A stretch of 64,000 bases of DNA. Origin: Octopus bimaculoides. Taxonomy: Eukaryota. The DNA is taken from assembly GCF_001194135.2 (NCBI RefSeq), contig NC_068982.1, positions 145,409,767-145,473,766 on the forward strand, written 5' to 3'. Shown one piece after another: positions 14,880 to 25,105 of this stretch. The notes beneath the pieces were generated by a model. The model saw only the letters and a program-made list of their open reading frames with translations. It did not search any database and was not told the origin of the DNA. Position 1 is the stretch's first letter, and every line of letters starts with the position of its first letter. Both the position numbers and the translations under genes were made by a program.

Positions 14880-14962
14880 TTATTGATCACTACCGAATTC
14901 GTACACACTGACATCCAAAGAAGCAACATGAGCAATTGCTTTGACAAAATAACATCTTGGAC
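14880..14962 (-). CDS. Candidate terminal coding exon (x-PRCYFVKAIAHVASLDVSVYEFGSDQ*), unidentified gene
   Basis: Strong minus-strand acceptor GTTTTGTTGTCTTATAG|GTCC; the phase-1 frame is open to TAA at 14882-14880 (the phase-0 frame is also open). No homology recognised. Confidence 0.25.
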
Positions 14963-15134
14963 CTATAAGACAACAAAACTATTGAAAACTCTTGTATGCT
15001 TCACAGATGACGTCATATTATATAATGTTTAGTATCATGTTAATGCGCACACGCATGCATCACCCACCACAAAAACAGATGATACGAAGAACACTTTGTA
15101 ATAAATTGACAACTATGAGACGCTTGTTTTCAGC

Positions 15135-15191
<57 letters not shown>

Positions 15192-15197
15192 CCTGTT

Positions 15198-15230
<33 letters not shown>

Positions 15231-15240
15231 ACTATACTCT

Positions 15241-15589
15241 TTTACTCTCTTTTTACTCTTTTATTTGCTTCAGTCATTTGACTGCGGCCATGCTGGAGCA
15301 CCGCCTTCAATCGAGCAAATCGACTCCAGGACTTATTCTTTATAAGCGTGGTACTTATTCTATCGGTGTCTTTTGCCGAACTGCTATGTTACGGGGAAGT
15401 AAACACACCAGCATCGGCTGTCAAGCGATGTTGGGGGGACAAACACAGNNNNNNNNNNGTCTACCAAATCCACTCACAAGGCTTTGGTCGGCCCGAGGCT
15501 ATAGTGGCCAAGGTGCCACGCAGTGGAACTGAACCCGGAACCATGTTGTTCGTTAGCAAGCTACTTACCACACAGCCATTCCTACGTCT
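15241..15589 (-). mobile_element. tRNA-derived SINE family A, near full length (internal gap)
   Basis: Minus strand: A-box-like TGGCTGTGTGG, B-box-like GGTTCAGTTCC, then CCTTGG..ACTATAGCCTCGGGCCGACCAAAGCCTTGTGAGTGGATTTGGTAGAC, internal N gap, 3' half ...GGCGGTGCTCCAGCATGGCCGCAGTCAAATGACTGAAGCAAAT and an (AAAGAGT)-like tail. Confidence 0.93.
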
Positions 15590-15733
15590 ATGCAAATATT
15601 TTAAATGAAGCAATTTCATTACACATGTCTAATATGGAATATTTAAACTAGCAGCACTTCATACACGCCGTATTACTTCATCTATGGAGAATTAGTAGAT
15701 ATTAATGAATGAATTTAGTTTTAATTTTCACAG

Positions 15734-15782
15734 TTGCGTGCTATAGCAATTTAGAGATTCTAAACCGATGAGAGCATGGCAG
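15734..15782 (+). other. Candidate 49-nt exon ending in a start codon (ATG GCA G|)
   Basis: Acceptor TTTAATTTTCACAG|, donor CAG|GTGAAT, AGCATGG Kozak-like context at 15776; all three through-frames contain stops, so it can only be UTR or a start exon. Confidence 0.25.
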
Positions 15783-16289
15783 GTGAATTTGACCATACTG
15801 AAAAAGGTGTTGTAGCATTGTCAAAAATTAATGTCTGGTACCAGATTAAGAAAAAAATACAGGAATAAAAACAACAAATTAGAATTATTCTGAATATGCA
15901 ACCGCTTTTTAAATTGAAACTCATTACATCGTAAATTTGCATAAAAATATTTCTCTCCGATTCAGATGAAAAAATGTTTTAAACTTCTAACTACAACGTT
16001 GTACATAGACCTTGCTTGAGTATAATAATTTTCTTTTTGACATGCTTAAAATCATATTTTCAATTTTCACATTCAAACAAGCAATTTTTGTCTTTCACTA
16101 TAACATTTTTTCTTTCACATTAGACATTACCTTCATGCTTATCTGATGAAAATCCTGGTTGAAATGTTATATTTCTTATTTTATCACTAGACAACATTAT
16201 ATTTCATTCATTTTCAATGTATGAATACAAATGTTTATGTATTAATAAAGAAAACTTAACAAAGAAAACTAGTGCAAAAGACACCAAAG

Positions 16290-16546
16290 ATTAAAGGGGA
16301 AAAGATGTGGTGTTACAAGTCCGACAGCTGCTTCTGGGGGCTCGAGGTTACTTCATAATGATTGCAGATGTAGTTCAGAATTCTATCTCTCCAACTTGAA
16401 GACGGAGGCCGGATGTAACCAACGTTTACTTGATTCCATTACTGGTGGCACATGCTAGTGAACTACATCTACCAATACTATGAGGTAACTCCGAGCCTCC
16501 AGAAACAGCTGTTAGACTTGTAACACTATACTTTCCCCACTCTAAT
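16290..16546. mobile_element. Foldback MITE with ~88-bp imperfect TIRs
   Basis: TGTTACAAGTCCGACAGCTGCTTCTGGGGGCTCGAGGTTACTTCATA...AGATGTAGTTCA (to 16377) mirrors TGAACTACATCT...TATGAGGTAACTCCGAGCCTCCAGAAACAGCTGTTAGACTTGTAACA (from 16459); left terminus TTAAAGGGG. Confidence 0.85.
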
Positions 16547-16835
16547 TTTATGAGTCTTCTGTACTCTGGATAACTTTGCTCTGTTAATATATAAATATGT
16601 ATATATTTATACTTGAATATTCGTCTTCTGAAAATTTTCAGTCTTTGTCTTCTCTCTATTTACATGTGTACATGTATAAATATACTATATCAAACACAAG
16701 AAGTTTTATTTGCTTATTTTCATAATTGTTTCCATATCTGCTCACCTGAATTTCTCTTATAGCCAATCGTTACCTCGCAGAGTTGGTCCTCGGTAAATTC
16801 AAATCATTTAAAAGCTACGAAGTGTTTTGTATATT

Positions 16836-17048
16836 CTTTTCTACTCTAGGCATAACGACCGAAATTTTTGGTGAGGGGGCAGTCGATTAGATCGACCCCA
16901 GTACGCAACTCGTACTTAATCTATCGACCCTGAAAAGATGAAAAGCAAAGTAGGCCTCGGCGGAATTTGAACTCAGAACATAAACACAGACGAAATACCG
17001 CTAAACATTTCGCCCGGCGTTCTAACGTTTCTGCCAGCTCGCCGCCTT
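16836..17048 (-). mobile_element. tRNA-derived SINE family B, full length with 16-bp TSD
   Basis: Reverse complement of the 50622-50836 copy; flanked by AAGTGTTTTGTATATT (16820-16835) and AAGTGCTTTGTATATT (17049-17064), one mismatch. Confidence 0.93.
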
Positions 17049-17109
17049 AAGTGCTTTGTATATTGAGAATCTCTGGATTTCATCTGTTCACTCTCTCTTT
17101 CTATCACTT

Positions 17110-17125
17110 AGTACACACACACTCA

Positions 17126-17214
<89 letters not shown>

Positions 17215-17243
17215 ACAAACACACACACACACACATACACACA
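17110..17243. repeat. (CA)n microsatellite
   Basis: Direct reading. Confidence 0.95.
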
Positions 17244-17254
17244 TGCTGTGTGTG

Positions 17255-17450
17255 TATGTCTTTGTGTCTCCATCACCGCTTGTTCAGCCGGTAATGGTTT
17301 ATTTACGCCTCTGAACTGAGCATGTCGTCAAAAGAACCGATAAAGTAGGTACCATGATTGAAAAAGTTCCCAGGTTGGATCTTTGGTCTAGACAGTGGCC
17401 TTGCAAGCCTGCAGTCCAATAACTAAAACAAGTGAAACATAAAAGATAAG
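17255..17450 (+). mobile_element. Decayed SINE family A 3' half
   Basis: CATCACCGCTTG..GCCGGT..TGGTTTATTTACG..CAAAAGAACCGATAAAGTAGGTACC..GCAGTCCAATAACTAAAACAAGT matches the family A 3' module. Confidence 0.6.
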
Positions 17451-17705
17451 AGATAAATTTAATATCTATTATATTCCTTTGCCTTTAACGTTATGGCAGT
17501 TATCAACTCGTGTTAGGAGCTAGAATTTACGCGGCAATAAGCTATGCAGTTACTTAAGCTTTAGTTAGTAGTGAGCCAGACTAGATAGTAAGTAAAACGC
17601 ATCTACTTTAACATACTTAAAGTTATTTTAACATTTCTCCTGAGAATATTTGTTACTATATGCGCGTACACAACGAACATACTCTCACCATCTCTGGCGT
17701 ACACA

Positions 17706-17742
<37 letters not shown>

Positions 17743-18616
17743 ACACACCAACACAAATAAACACATACTCACACACACACGGCGCAAACATACCAACATC
17801 TTCCCTCTACCCTTTTCTCTTTCTCTCTCAATATACATACATACCTTTACACACACATACACACACACCTATATACATATCGCTCGCATATATATATATT
17901 TCTATCGGAGAACCGTAATCTTTTCATAGAAGCCCAGGGTTATAAATACACATAGTTTTCTATGCTTTTATTATCTATCTGAATTCTGGTTTTCTGGAGG
18001 TAATTTCTTGGCAAGCCAAGTTCCTAGCTAAAGCGAAATCATTTCATATTATTTACGTCATTGCTGTCCTTGGGAATCTCATACCGTCACAAATTTCCAT
18101 TTTACCTTATATTCAATGTATAAATTTCTTTATCTGTATAAGAAACATTTATTTATAGTATAATGGTAGAGAACTGACACGGAGATACATTACATTATTT
18201 CTATATGAAATAACGATGGAAAAAATGTATGCTGTCGCTCAACTTTCTAGAAATAGTCGCCAAATCTTTCCCAAAACACAACATTCCGTTTTAGAGCAGT
18301 CAATTATATTGAATAATGTTGGCCTAATAGCACTGTTTCTTGAGTAAAAGACAGTATGGTTATTCTAAGCCTACTCATTGAGAAGCGACTTATAGGTGTG
18401 CAGCAGTAGCAACTGCAGCCACAAACATTACCATCAGTATCAACAATATGGATTATGAATCATCTGAGTTCTGAGATTAAATCATATGGGACTAAGCAAA
18501 ATAAATAAGTTTAACATACTGACATTATTCATAATACTTCTACCTTATCCTCTCATCCTACACACACACACACACACACATATATGTATATATATAGGTG
18601 TGTGTGTGTATGCATA

Positions 18617-18690
<74 letters not shown>

Positions 18691-18876
18691 AGATCCAGGG
18701 ACCGAGGTGTAGGAAGAAAGTTAGCTTCAAGCAATCTGTAGTAAATATAACAACAAAACAACTTTCAAGGACAATAGTGGCTTATTGAGACAGAAGGTTG
18801 TGGATATTTTTCGTATCAAAGTAAGATAAACTGAAAAAAGTTCTTTTTATATTTCACGGTAGGCGACCAAGAGATA

Positions 18877-19176
18877 CGGAATGGAGTAGATAAGATCCTG
18901 GCTACATATGTTTCATAGAGACCAGAACCGCAGCAGTGGTAAATATACAAGCGAGGTGTATACTGCAGAATACTCTTCAGGCCAAGGATATCTTGATTAA
19001 ATGAAAGTTTACATTTCATTAACATGTACCTTGCGGCAATATAAATTTTCATTTAATCAAGATATCCTTGGCCTGAAGAGTATCGTGTGGTATAAATCTC
19101 GCCAGGGTATTTACCACTTTTGAGGTTCCGCTCGCTATGAAACATAGGTATCTCGGATCTTATCAACTCCATTCCG
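18877..19176. mobile_element. 300-bp palindromic MITE flanked by TA (Tc1/mariner-type)
   Basis: TA|CGGAATGGAG ... CTCCATTCCG|TA; arms about 130 bp; inner 37 bp (18970-19006 vs 19047-19083) are a perfect inverted repeat. Confidence 0.9.
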
Positions 19177-19219
19177 TAAGTCTTGTGTGTGTGTGTGTAT
19201 GTGTATCATATATATATGT

Positions 19220-19537
19220 GGAGGTGCAATGGCCCAGTGGTTAGGGCAGTGGACTCGCGGTCGTAGGATCGCAGTTTCGATTCCCAGACCGAGCGTTGTG
19301 AGTGTTCATTGAGTGAAAACACCTAAAATTCCACGAGACTCCGACAGGCGTACTCTCTCACCACAAGTTTCTCTTACTCTTCCTATTTCTATTGTACCTG
19401 TATTTCAAAGGGCCAGCCTTGTCACACTCTGTGTCACGCTGAATCTCCTCGAGAACTACGTTAAGGGTACACGTGTCTGTGGAATGTTCAGCCACTTGCA
19501 CGTTAATTTCACAAGCAGGCTGCTCCGTTGATCCGAT
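19220..19537 (+). mobile_element. tRNA-derived SINE family C (3' end lost in gap)
   Basis: A box TGGCCCAGTGG, B box GTTTCGATTCC; body shared with 44824-45154 (GGCCAGCCTTGTCACA..GTCACGCTGAATCTCC..CAGCCACTTGCAC.TTAATTTCA..AGCAGGCTG). Confidence 0.9.
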
Positions 19538-20305
19538 NNNNNNNNNNNNNNNNNNNNNNNNNNNNNNNNNNNNNNNNNNNNNNNNNNNNNNNNNNNNNNN
19601 NNNNNNNNNNNNNNNNNNNNNNNNNNATATATATATATATATATATAAACATAATAGTGGTGTGGAATCAAGACATATCTTTATGCATTTATTCATGCAT
19701 ATATGTTTTAGATCGTTGGGTCTAAAAAAACATTGATGGAGCCTAAAACTTGAAACAGCCACGGATTAAAACTCAGCCGACCAGATAAATGTACTGTCAT
19801 GTGGTACCAAAAGTAAAAGATATGTTCTGTTGTGGAAATCAACCACCCTACGGACACCAATATGGTTAGAAAAATACAAGTGAAAGAGGACAGCTATGCA
19901 ACATTTATAAGGAGTTTGCCATTCCTGTACCCAATATACGCTTTCAGTTTCATATCTATTGTTATTAAAGTAACAGGATATGTACCAACACGTCTAGAGC
20001 AAAGTTTGACGGATCTTGTGTTCTACAGGAGAGAACCCAGCTCTATAATTCATGCACTACAAATGAAATCTGGGACCCTAAAAGTCTGCAAGACCTTTTA
20101 AAGACTTAAAGGATGATGAACAATACAAAATGCGTTTCTTCACAATCTTGCTTCCAACAAGATGGCCGGTCAAAATTAACTCCTAAATAAATAGAGGAGG
20201 GAAACATGCATATATATACATATATTTATATATAGAGAGAGAGTCGATGGTTGTGGAACGAATAGGAAGGCCATGACAAAAGGGAACGCAGAGCTGAGGA
20301 AAAGC

Positions 20306-20603
20306 TTTTCCATATTAAGCTATTGAGAGACATTATCATCCCATGTATCCCATTATTGAAAGTGAAATGTTTTCTGATTTTGTACATATTTTAGCAAATT
20401 TTGTTCTACATTAATTAAAGGTTCAGTGAAACAGTGTATACATTCACCTGGAAAAGCTTTCATCCATAAGACATTTCCTCTCATATCTACAAAATGTTTC
20501 CCAATTTTAATCATTTCCTTGCATTCTTTGCACAGTTAGCTTTGATCAATCTATTCTTATAGATTTTGATAAAGGTCGTTATTTCAATGGCTTTTCATTT
20601 TAC
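20306..20603. repeat. Unclassified ~295-bp dispersed repeat, copy 2
   Basis: See 13429-13724; runs directly into a SINE A fragment. Confidence 0.9.
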
Positions 20604-20660
20604 TAGGCTTACAAAGAATAAGTCCTGGGTTCGATTCGTTCAACTAAAGGCTGTGATCCA
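20601..20660 (+). mobile_element. SINE family A 3' fragment
   Basis: TACTAGGCTTACAAAGAATAAGTCCTGGGTTCGATTCGTTCAACTAAAGGC matches the family A 3' half. Confidence 0.8.
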
Positions 20661-22046
20661 GTCTATGTCCATTTCCCTCTCTACTTTGCTGCCTTGGCTT
20701 ACCTTGCTGTCGGTTTATCCTATGTATAGGCTTACGCCAGGCATTTTAAGTCATTACCTACCCTTCTACTTCTATTATAATTGTTTCAAATGACCTGAAC
20801 ATTGCTAAAACCGTTAACCCAGCCTCCACAATCTACTGTCGTCAAGATCGTTCAGTTCTTACACTACTCATACTACCTGTCACTGCATTAGATACTGTCT
20901 CTTCATGCAAAAATCAGTGTCGAATTAATTTTCTTTCAGAGAACGATTTGTGTCCAAAACGCTAAATTTGTTTTGCTCCTCACGATAAAAATAATCTTTC
21001 ACTGTCTGCAATATTTGTAACACTTTTCACTTAGCAGGTAGTTTGCTGTATATATTCTTAGTTTATATATCTAACGGGAATTGTTATGTCAGAATATCAA
21101 ATAACCCTTGCAAACCAGAAATGTTTCCTTTTCAGAAAAAGTTTCCATCGTCTAAAATAGCTCCTGTAGCGAATTGATAGTCACAACAAAACATAAACAC
21201 ATGACTATATATCAAGGTCACAACCAGAATTTAGAAAAATAAATGAAGTCTCGCGAATATCTGTAAACATTTCCACGTGATCTATAATGCAACAAGTTAA
21301 TGCGATGATTTAACACAGTTCTTATTTAAGAATGGCCCTATTAAAACAAACAATTCTACTAAAAATTCGGTAAATATGTTCCTCTGATCAAGTGAAGAGA
21401 TAATATCACAGATTGTGTGGTACTACCACCCGTATAGTAGACATGTGTTCTTTTCTAGCTGTATCAGATACTTAAGCCCGCCCGTACATCATATACTTAA
21501 TTGCTCAGATATGATATATTTCAAAGCAGGTGAAGATGTCTTATTTGTCAGGTTAATTATAAATAATTATGACTAAATTTACTCAATGACAGCAATCAAC
21601 CAACGATACTATTTTTTAAATAGAAATCGAAGCAAGCGTAAGGGTTCCTGCTGAAAAAAAAAACCGACAAGGCAACGGCAATTGCAACACGTGATTTCTC
21701 GTTGACGGTAGTTTGGGCTTCATTGCATTGATCATCAACAACAAACGCATCCATAGAAACCACACGCGTCTATTATTCAAACAACTAAACCGGTGGATTT
21801 TATGTCTTTCCAGCGACCAATTGACAACAAGGAATGCTCTTTCTAATCAGTATATATTATTTAGTTTGACTTCAATTATTATGACAGAACCTAGGATACA
21901 AATACATAGTATACTGAAAATTTAAAATGTTCATATAATAAAAGGTTTTGATTTGAATAAAGTTACACTCCTTCGCAGTCTGATGAGTATGACTCGATAA
22001 ATTTTACCGCGCTGAATTGAAATAGAGGTACATGTTTTTAAATATA

Positions 22047-22435
22047 ACAAGAGCACCGAGAGAGCGCAAACATCCGCAACACTAACATCCTTTCAACGAT
22101 TAGCCGGAGAGGATTTTTAAAATTAGAACATATTAAATAAACTCGACTGCTCTCACAAAAGAGAATTCTGAAAAATGAACCCGACCACTCTCAAAAATCA
22201 AGTAAAAAGAAACGGAAAATTAATCCAGGATCCTTGTCCGGTAACGGTTCGATCCTCAAATCTAATCATTTCGTGCCAGTCACGAGGCCAAACGTCCCTG
22301 AAAGTTTCATCCGAATACATACAGCGGTTCTTGAGATATCTGGTTCACGGACAAATAACCAAACAAACACGAGTGAAAACAATACCTCCGCCTTGGCTAA
22401 GGCGGAGGTTCTGCTTTCACTAAGGCGGAGGTAAT
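22047..22435 (+). mobile_element. Non-autonomous Helentron/Helitron-type element (HINE/DINE-1-like)
   Basis: Starts ACAAGAGCACCGAGAGAGCGCAAACATCCGC; ends with a perfect 11-bp stem ACCTCCGCCTT-GGCT-AAGGCGGAGGT (22384-22409) plus a second arm, then AAT. The subterminal match plus 3' hairpin is typical of HINEs. Confidence 0.6.
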
Positions 22436-23129
22436 ATCGTTAGATAATTTTAGAATGAGGCCGTCAAGAAGCATAACACGAATCGTAAGCATAGCAAGAA
22501 TCTTTTGCGACAAAAATTGATCAAGAAATGTTGAAATATCATCTTACTATTCTTTGTACAGAAGAGTCAGGAAGTGGAGATTCCGTTGTTTGAGAGTTGT
22601 GTAACAAAGCTGGTTCAGACAGAGATCTGAGTTACAATATAGAAATTTAGCTCTTATCTCTAATAGTGCATTTTTAATGCGAGATTTACTTGGAAAATTG
22701 TATTACTGACAAAGAAACTGATGCAACCAATACGGAAGAATTTTATGTGTTAGTTAGTTCGGCAGAGGCCTGGTAGCCAATGAAGAAGTGCCAGATTTTT
22801 ATTGTTTGCCCTTCGTAAAATATTCAAAAATACTTTGAGTTATAGATGAAATTATAGCTAAATTTATGTTAGAATGTATTAGTTTTCCCTAAGCGGAACA
22901 TATTCGAGTAAAACATCTGGAGTGCCCAAGAGTTTGGAAAATCTGACATATAAGGGTTTTAATGGTATCTAATACGTTTAAATGTAAATGATACTACAGT
23001 ATGGTGTAAAATAGAATTTGTCATAGAGTAACGTTAAAAGAAATTGTTTTTCATATTAAGTATTCAACAAAAAAGGAGAATCTTTTTCTTGTTAGGCTGA
23101 AAAAGAAACATGAAAGCACCTGCGTACAA

Positions 23130-24023
23130 CTTGGCGCCTGGCAGTATGCGAAATTGAATGCAATAAGTTGGACAGTGCACGCTGTTGACTATCAATAAAT
23201 TCTCGATACTGGTTCCACTTCGAGTATTTGCAAAAGTGTATACATTGACAGTTGAATGTTTATGAAGTGCATTTATATTCTGTGACTGAAGTACCTCCTG
23301 CTGTTTTACTCCAATATCTCCCAAACAAAATGGCAAGCGGTTAAAACTTCGACAAAATATGGCTAAAGGACGGTTGAAATTAATAAACATATTTTCAAAG
23401 TTACGAGGTATGAAGATCCATATCGCGTCCTGAATGGGAAAATTAGGCAAAAAGATCACGTATTAACACGAAATCGAAAGCCCTGAAGGGGAAATTGAAA
23501 TTGGGGAAAAAGGAAGAGATATTTCCGTCTACTGCTTGAGACCAAAGCATATTCAATGTTGGAGTCATTCCTTTAAAAGATGAACAATAAAGAAAACATG
23601 TAATCAGTAATCAGTTACTGATGAAGGCAATGGTAATGACTATAACCTGAACTCATTGATATCTCAACTACCGATATTTGAAATTTCTGTGAGAAAGACC
23701 CCTCTTGTCTGACTGACATTGAAGACCACGTAGATGAAATATTAGCTGATGGCATGCAGTTAATATCAGAGCTTTGTACAATTTGCCAGCTATTAATGTT
23801 ACTTTCTGGGAAATCTGCGGTTGAACAAATATTTTCTCAGGGAAAACGATGAAAGATATGACTTTGGTGAAGAATGACACCGAAGACAAAGGGTTGCGAG
23901 CCAATATTCTTGCTATAGATTTGTATCCCAAAGAACGCGAAAGGAAATTAAAGCTTTATTGCAGATACTGAAGAATTTGCTTCTTAAAATGAAAATAAAC
24001 AAAATAGTTTTGGCACGTTCTGA
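23130..24023 (+). pseudogene. Decayed hAT (ZMYM1-like) transposase C-terminal half
   Basis: Across frames: NAISWTVHAVDYQ*ILD (cf. CPTRWTVRA.SL.SIL.N); ELCTICQLLMLLSGKSAVEQIFSQGKR*K (cf. hAT dimerisation domain EV..LL.LILV.PAT.A.SERSFS.L.R.K); terminal IADTEEFAS*NENKQNSFGTF* (cf. ANEFVS.NEHR...FGKF*). Confidence 0.7.
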
Positions 24024-24562
24024 CTGGTCGGATGACAAATTTAGCTCCATGATGACGTTTAATGGTGACGAATGTCTTTCTCTCTTAGAAAATAATTCTA
24101 TAATTGATAATTAATGATGCATGCTCAACAAATTTCACTCGACACCTTTCAAAGCACTCTCACGCGTAATAATATTGATTACAGTCGCTTAGAAAATATT
24201 TATTTTCTAGTAATTCTAATTACGGTCTATTTAAACACGTATATTTATATACATTATAGCAAGTATTTTGACAATTATCTATGTTGGTTGTACTTACTGT
24301 CTATTAATCCATTTGAACCCCAAATTTTAAGACGTTGGCTACAGTTGAATGTTTGGGCTACAATATGTTTAGGATTAAGAGTTGCTGCGCATTAAGATTC
24401 GACTGAAAGACATACACAAGAAATATTTCAATAGTTAAATTATGTGGGAGTATCGATAAAGGAAAATATATCAAAATATGTTTACATCAGCATACATATA
24501 CGCCAATAGATATATATATGTACGTACAAACAGGCATACATACATGTTCGTATATGCTTGCA

Positions 24563-24633
<71 letters not shown>

Positions 24634-24669
24634 ATATATATATATATATATGGGAGAATATACAAATAA

Positions 24670-24880
24670 TAACAACAGACGAAGACAAGTGGTGTAAATA
24701 ACAAAAGTATATATTAGTATGACGCTCGGGAATACGGAAAGTCTTTGACGTTTCGAGCTACGCTCTTCAACAGAAAGAATACGGAGACAAGGAGAAAAAC
24801 ACGGAGAAAAAAAATTGAATAGTGTTCAGTCAACGGTCAATCATAATAATGGCCGATCATAACAATGTCTGACCGGAAGT
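24670..24880 (-). mobile_element. Short Penelope-type/retrozyme-like repeat (family X) carrying a minimal hammerhead motif
   Basis: Homologous to 51635-51770; contains the minus-strand motif TCTTT CTGTTGA A GAGC GTA GCTC GAAA C GTC AAAGA; abuts (TAGA)n/(TA)n tracts. Confidence 0.65.
24742..24778 (-). ncRNA. Minimal type I hammerhead ribozyme-like motif (A6U variant)
   Basis: Stem I UCUUU/AAAGA (5 bp), core CUGUUGA (consensus CUGANGA), extra A, stem II GAGC/GCUC with GUA loop, GAAA, palindromic ACGU in place of stem III, GUC cleavage triplet. Confidence 0.6.
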
Positions 24881-24895
24881 AGAATATTGCTAAAG

Positions 24896-24943
<48 letters not shown>

Positions 24944-25105
24944 GTGTATGTATATAGGTACATATACAGATATATTCTAAAAGGAATCAAATATGAGAGC
25001 TGTTCTAAAAGTAATAAAAACTGGGCATAACTATTTTAGTAACTGACATAGATGTATCCAAATTGTACTTGTTGATAGAGTAAGAATTCCTCTATGCAGA
25101 AGAAG

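Noticed and set aside
16142-16175. CTGATGA...GAAA hammerhead-like spacing
   Set aside because: No G10.1-C11.1 pair, no viable stem II loop and no stem I pairing.
19220-19295. tRNA gene
   Set aside because: A and B boxes are present but no acceptor stem closes, and it continues into a body shared with 44824-45154; it is a SINE head.
21975-22005. CTGATGAGTATGACTCGATA hammerhead-like string
   Set aside because: The GAGT/ACTC stem consumes core bases and GAAA is absent; at best a badly decayed relic.
23668-23931. Minus-strand ORF MGYKSIARIL..., superficially like a Tc1 N-terminus
   Set aside because: It is the antisense of the hAT dimerisation-domain remnant, which matches better on the plus strand.
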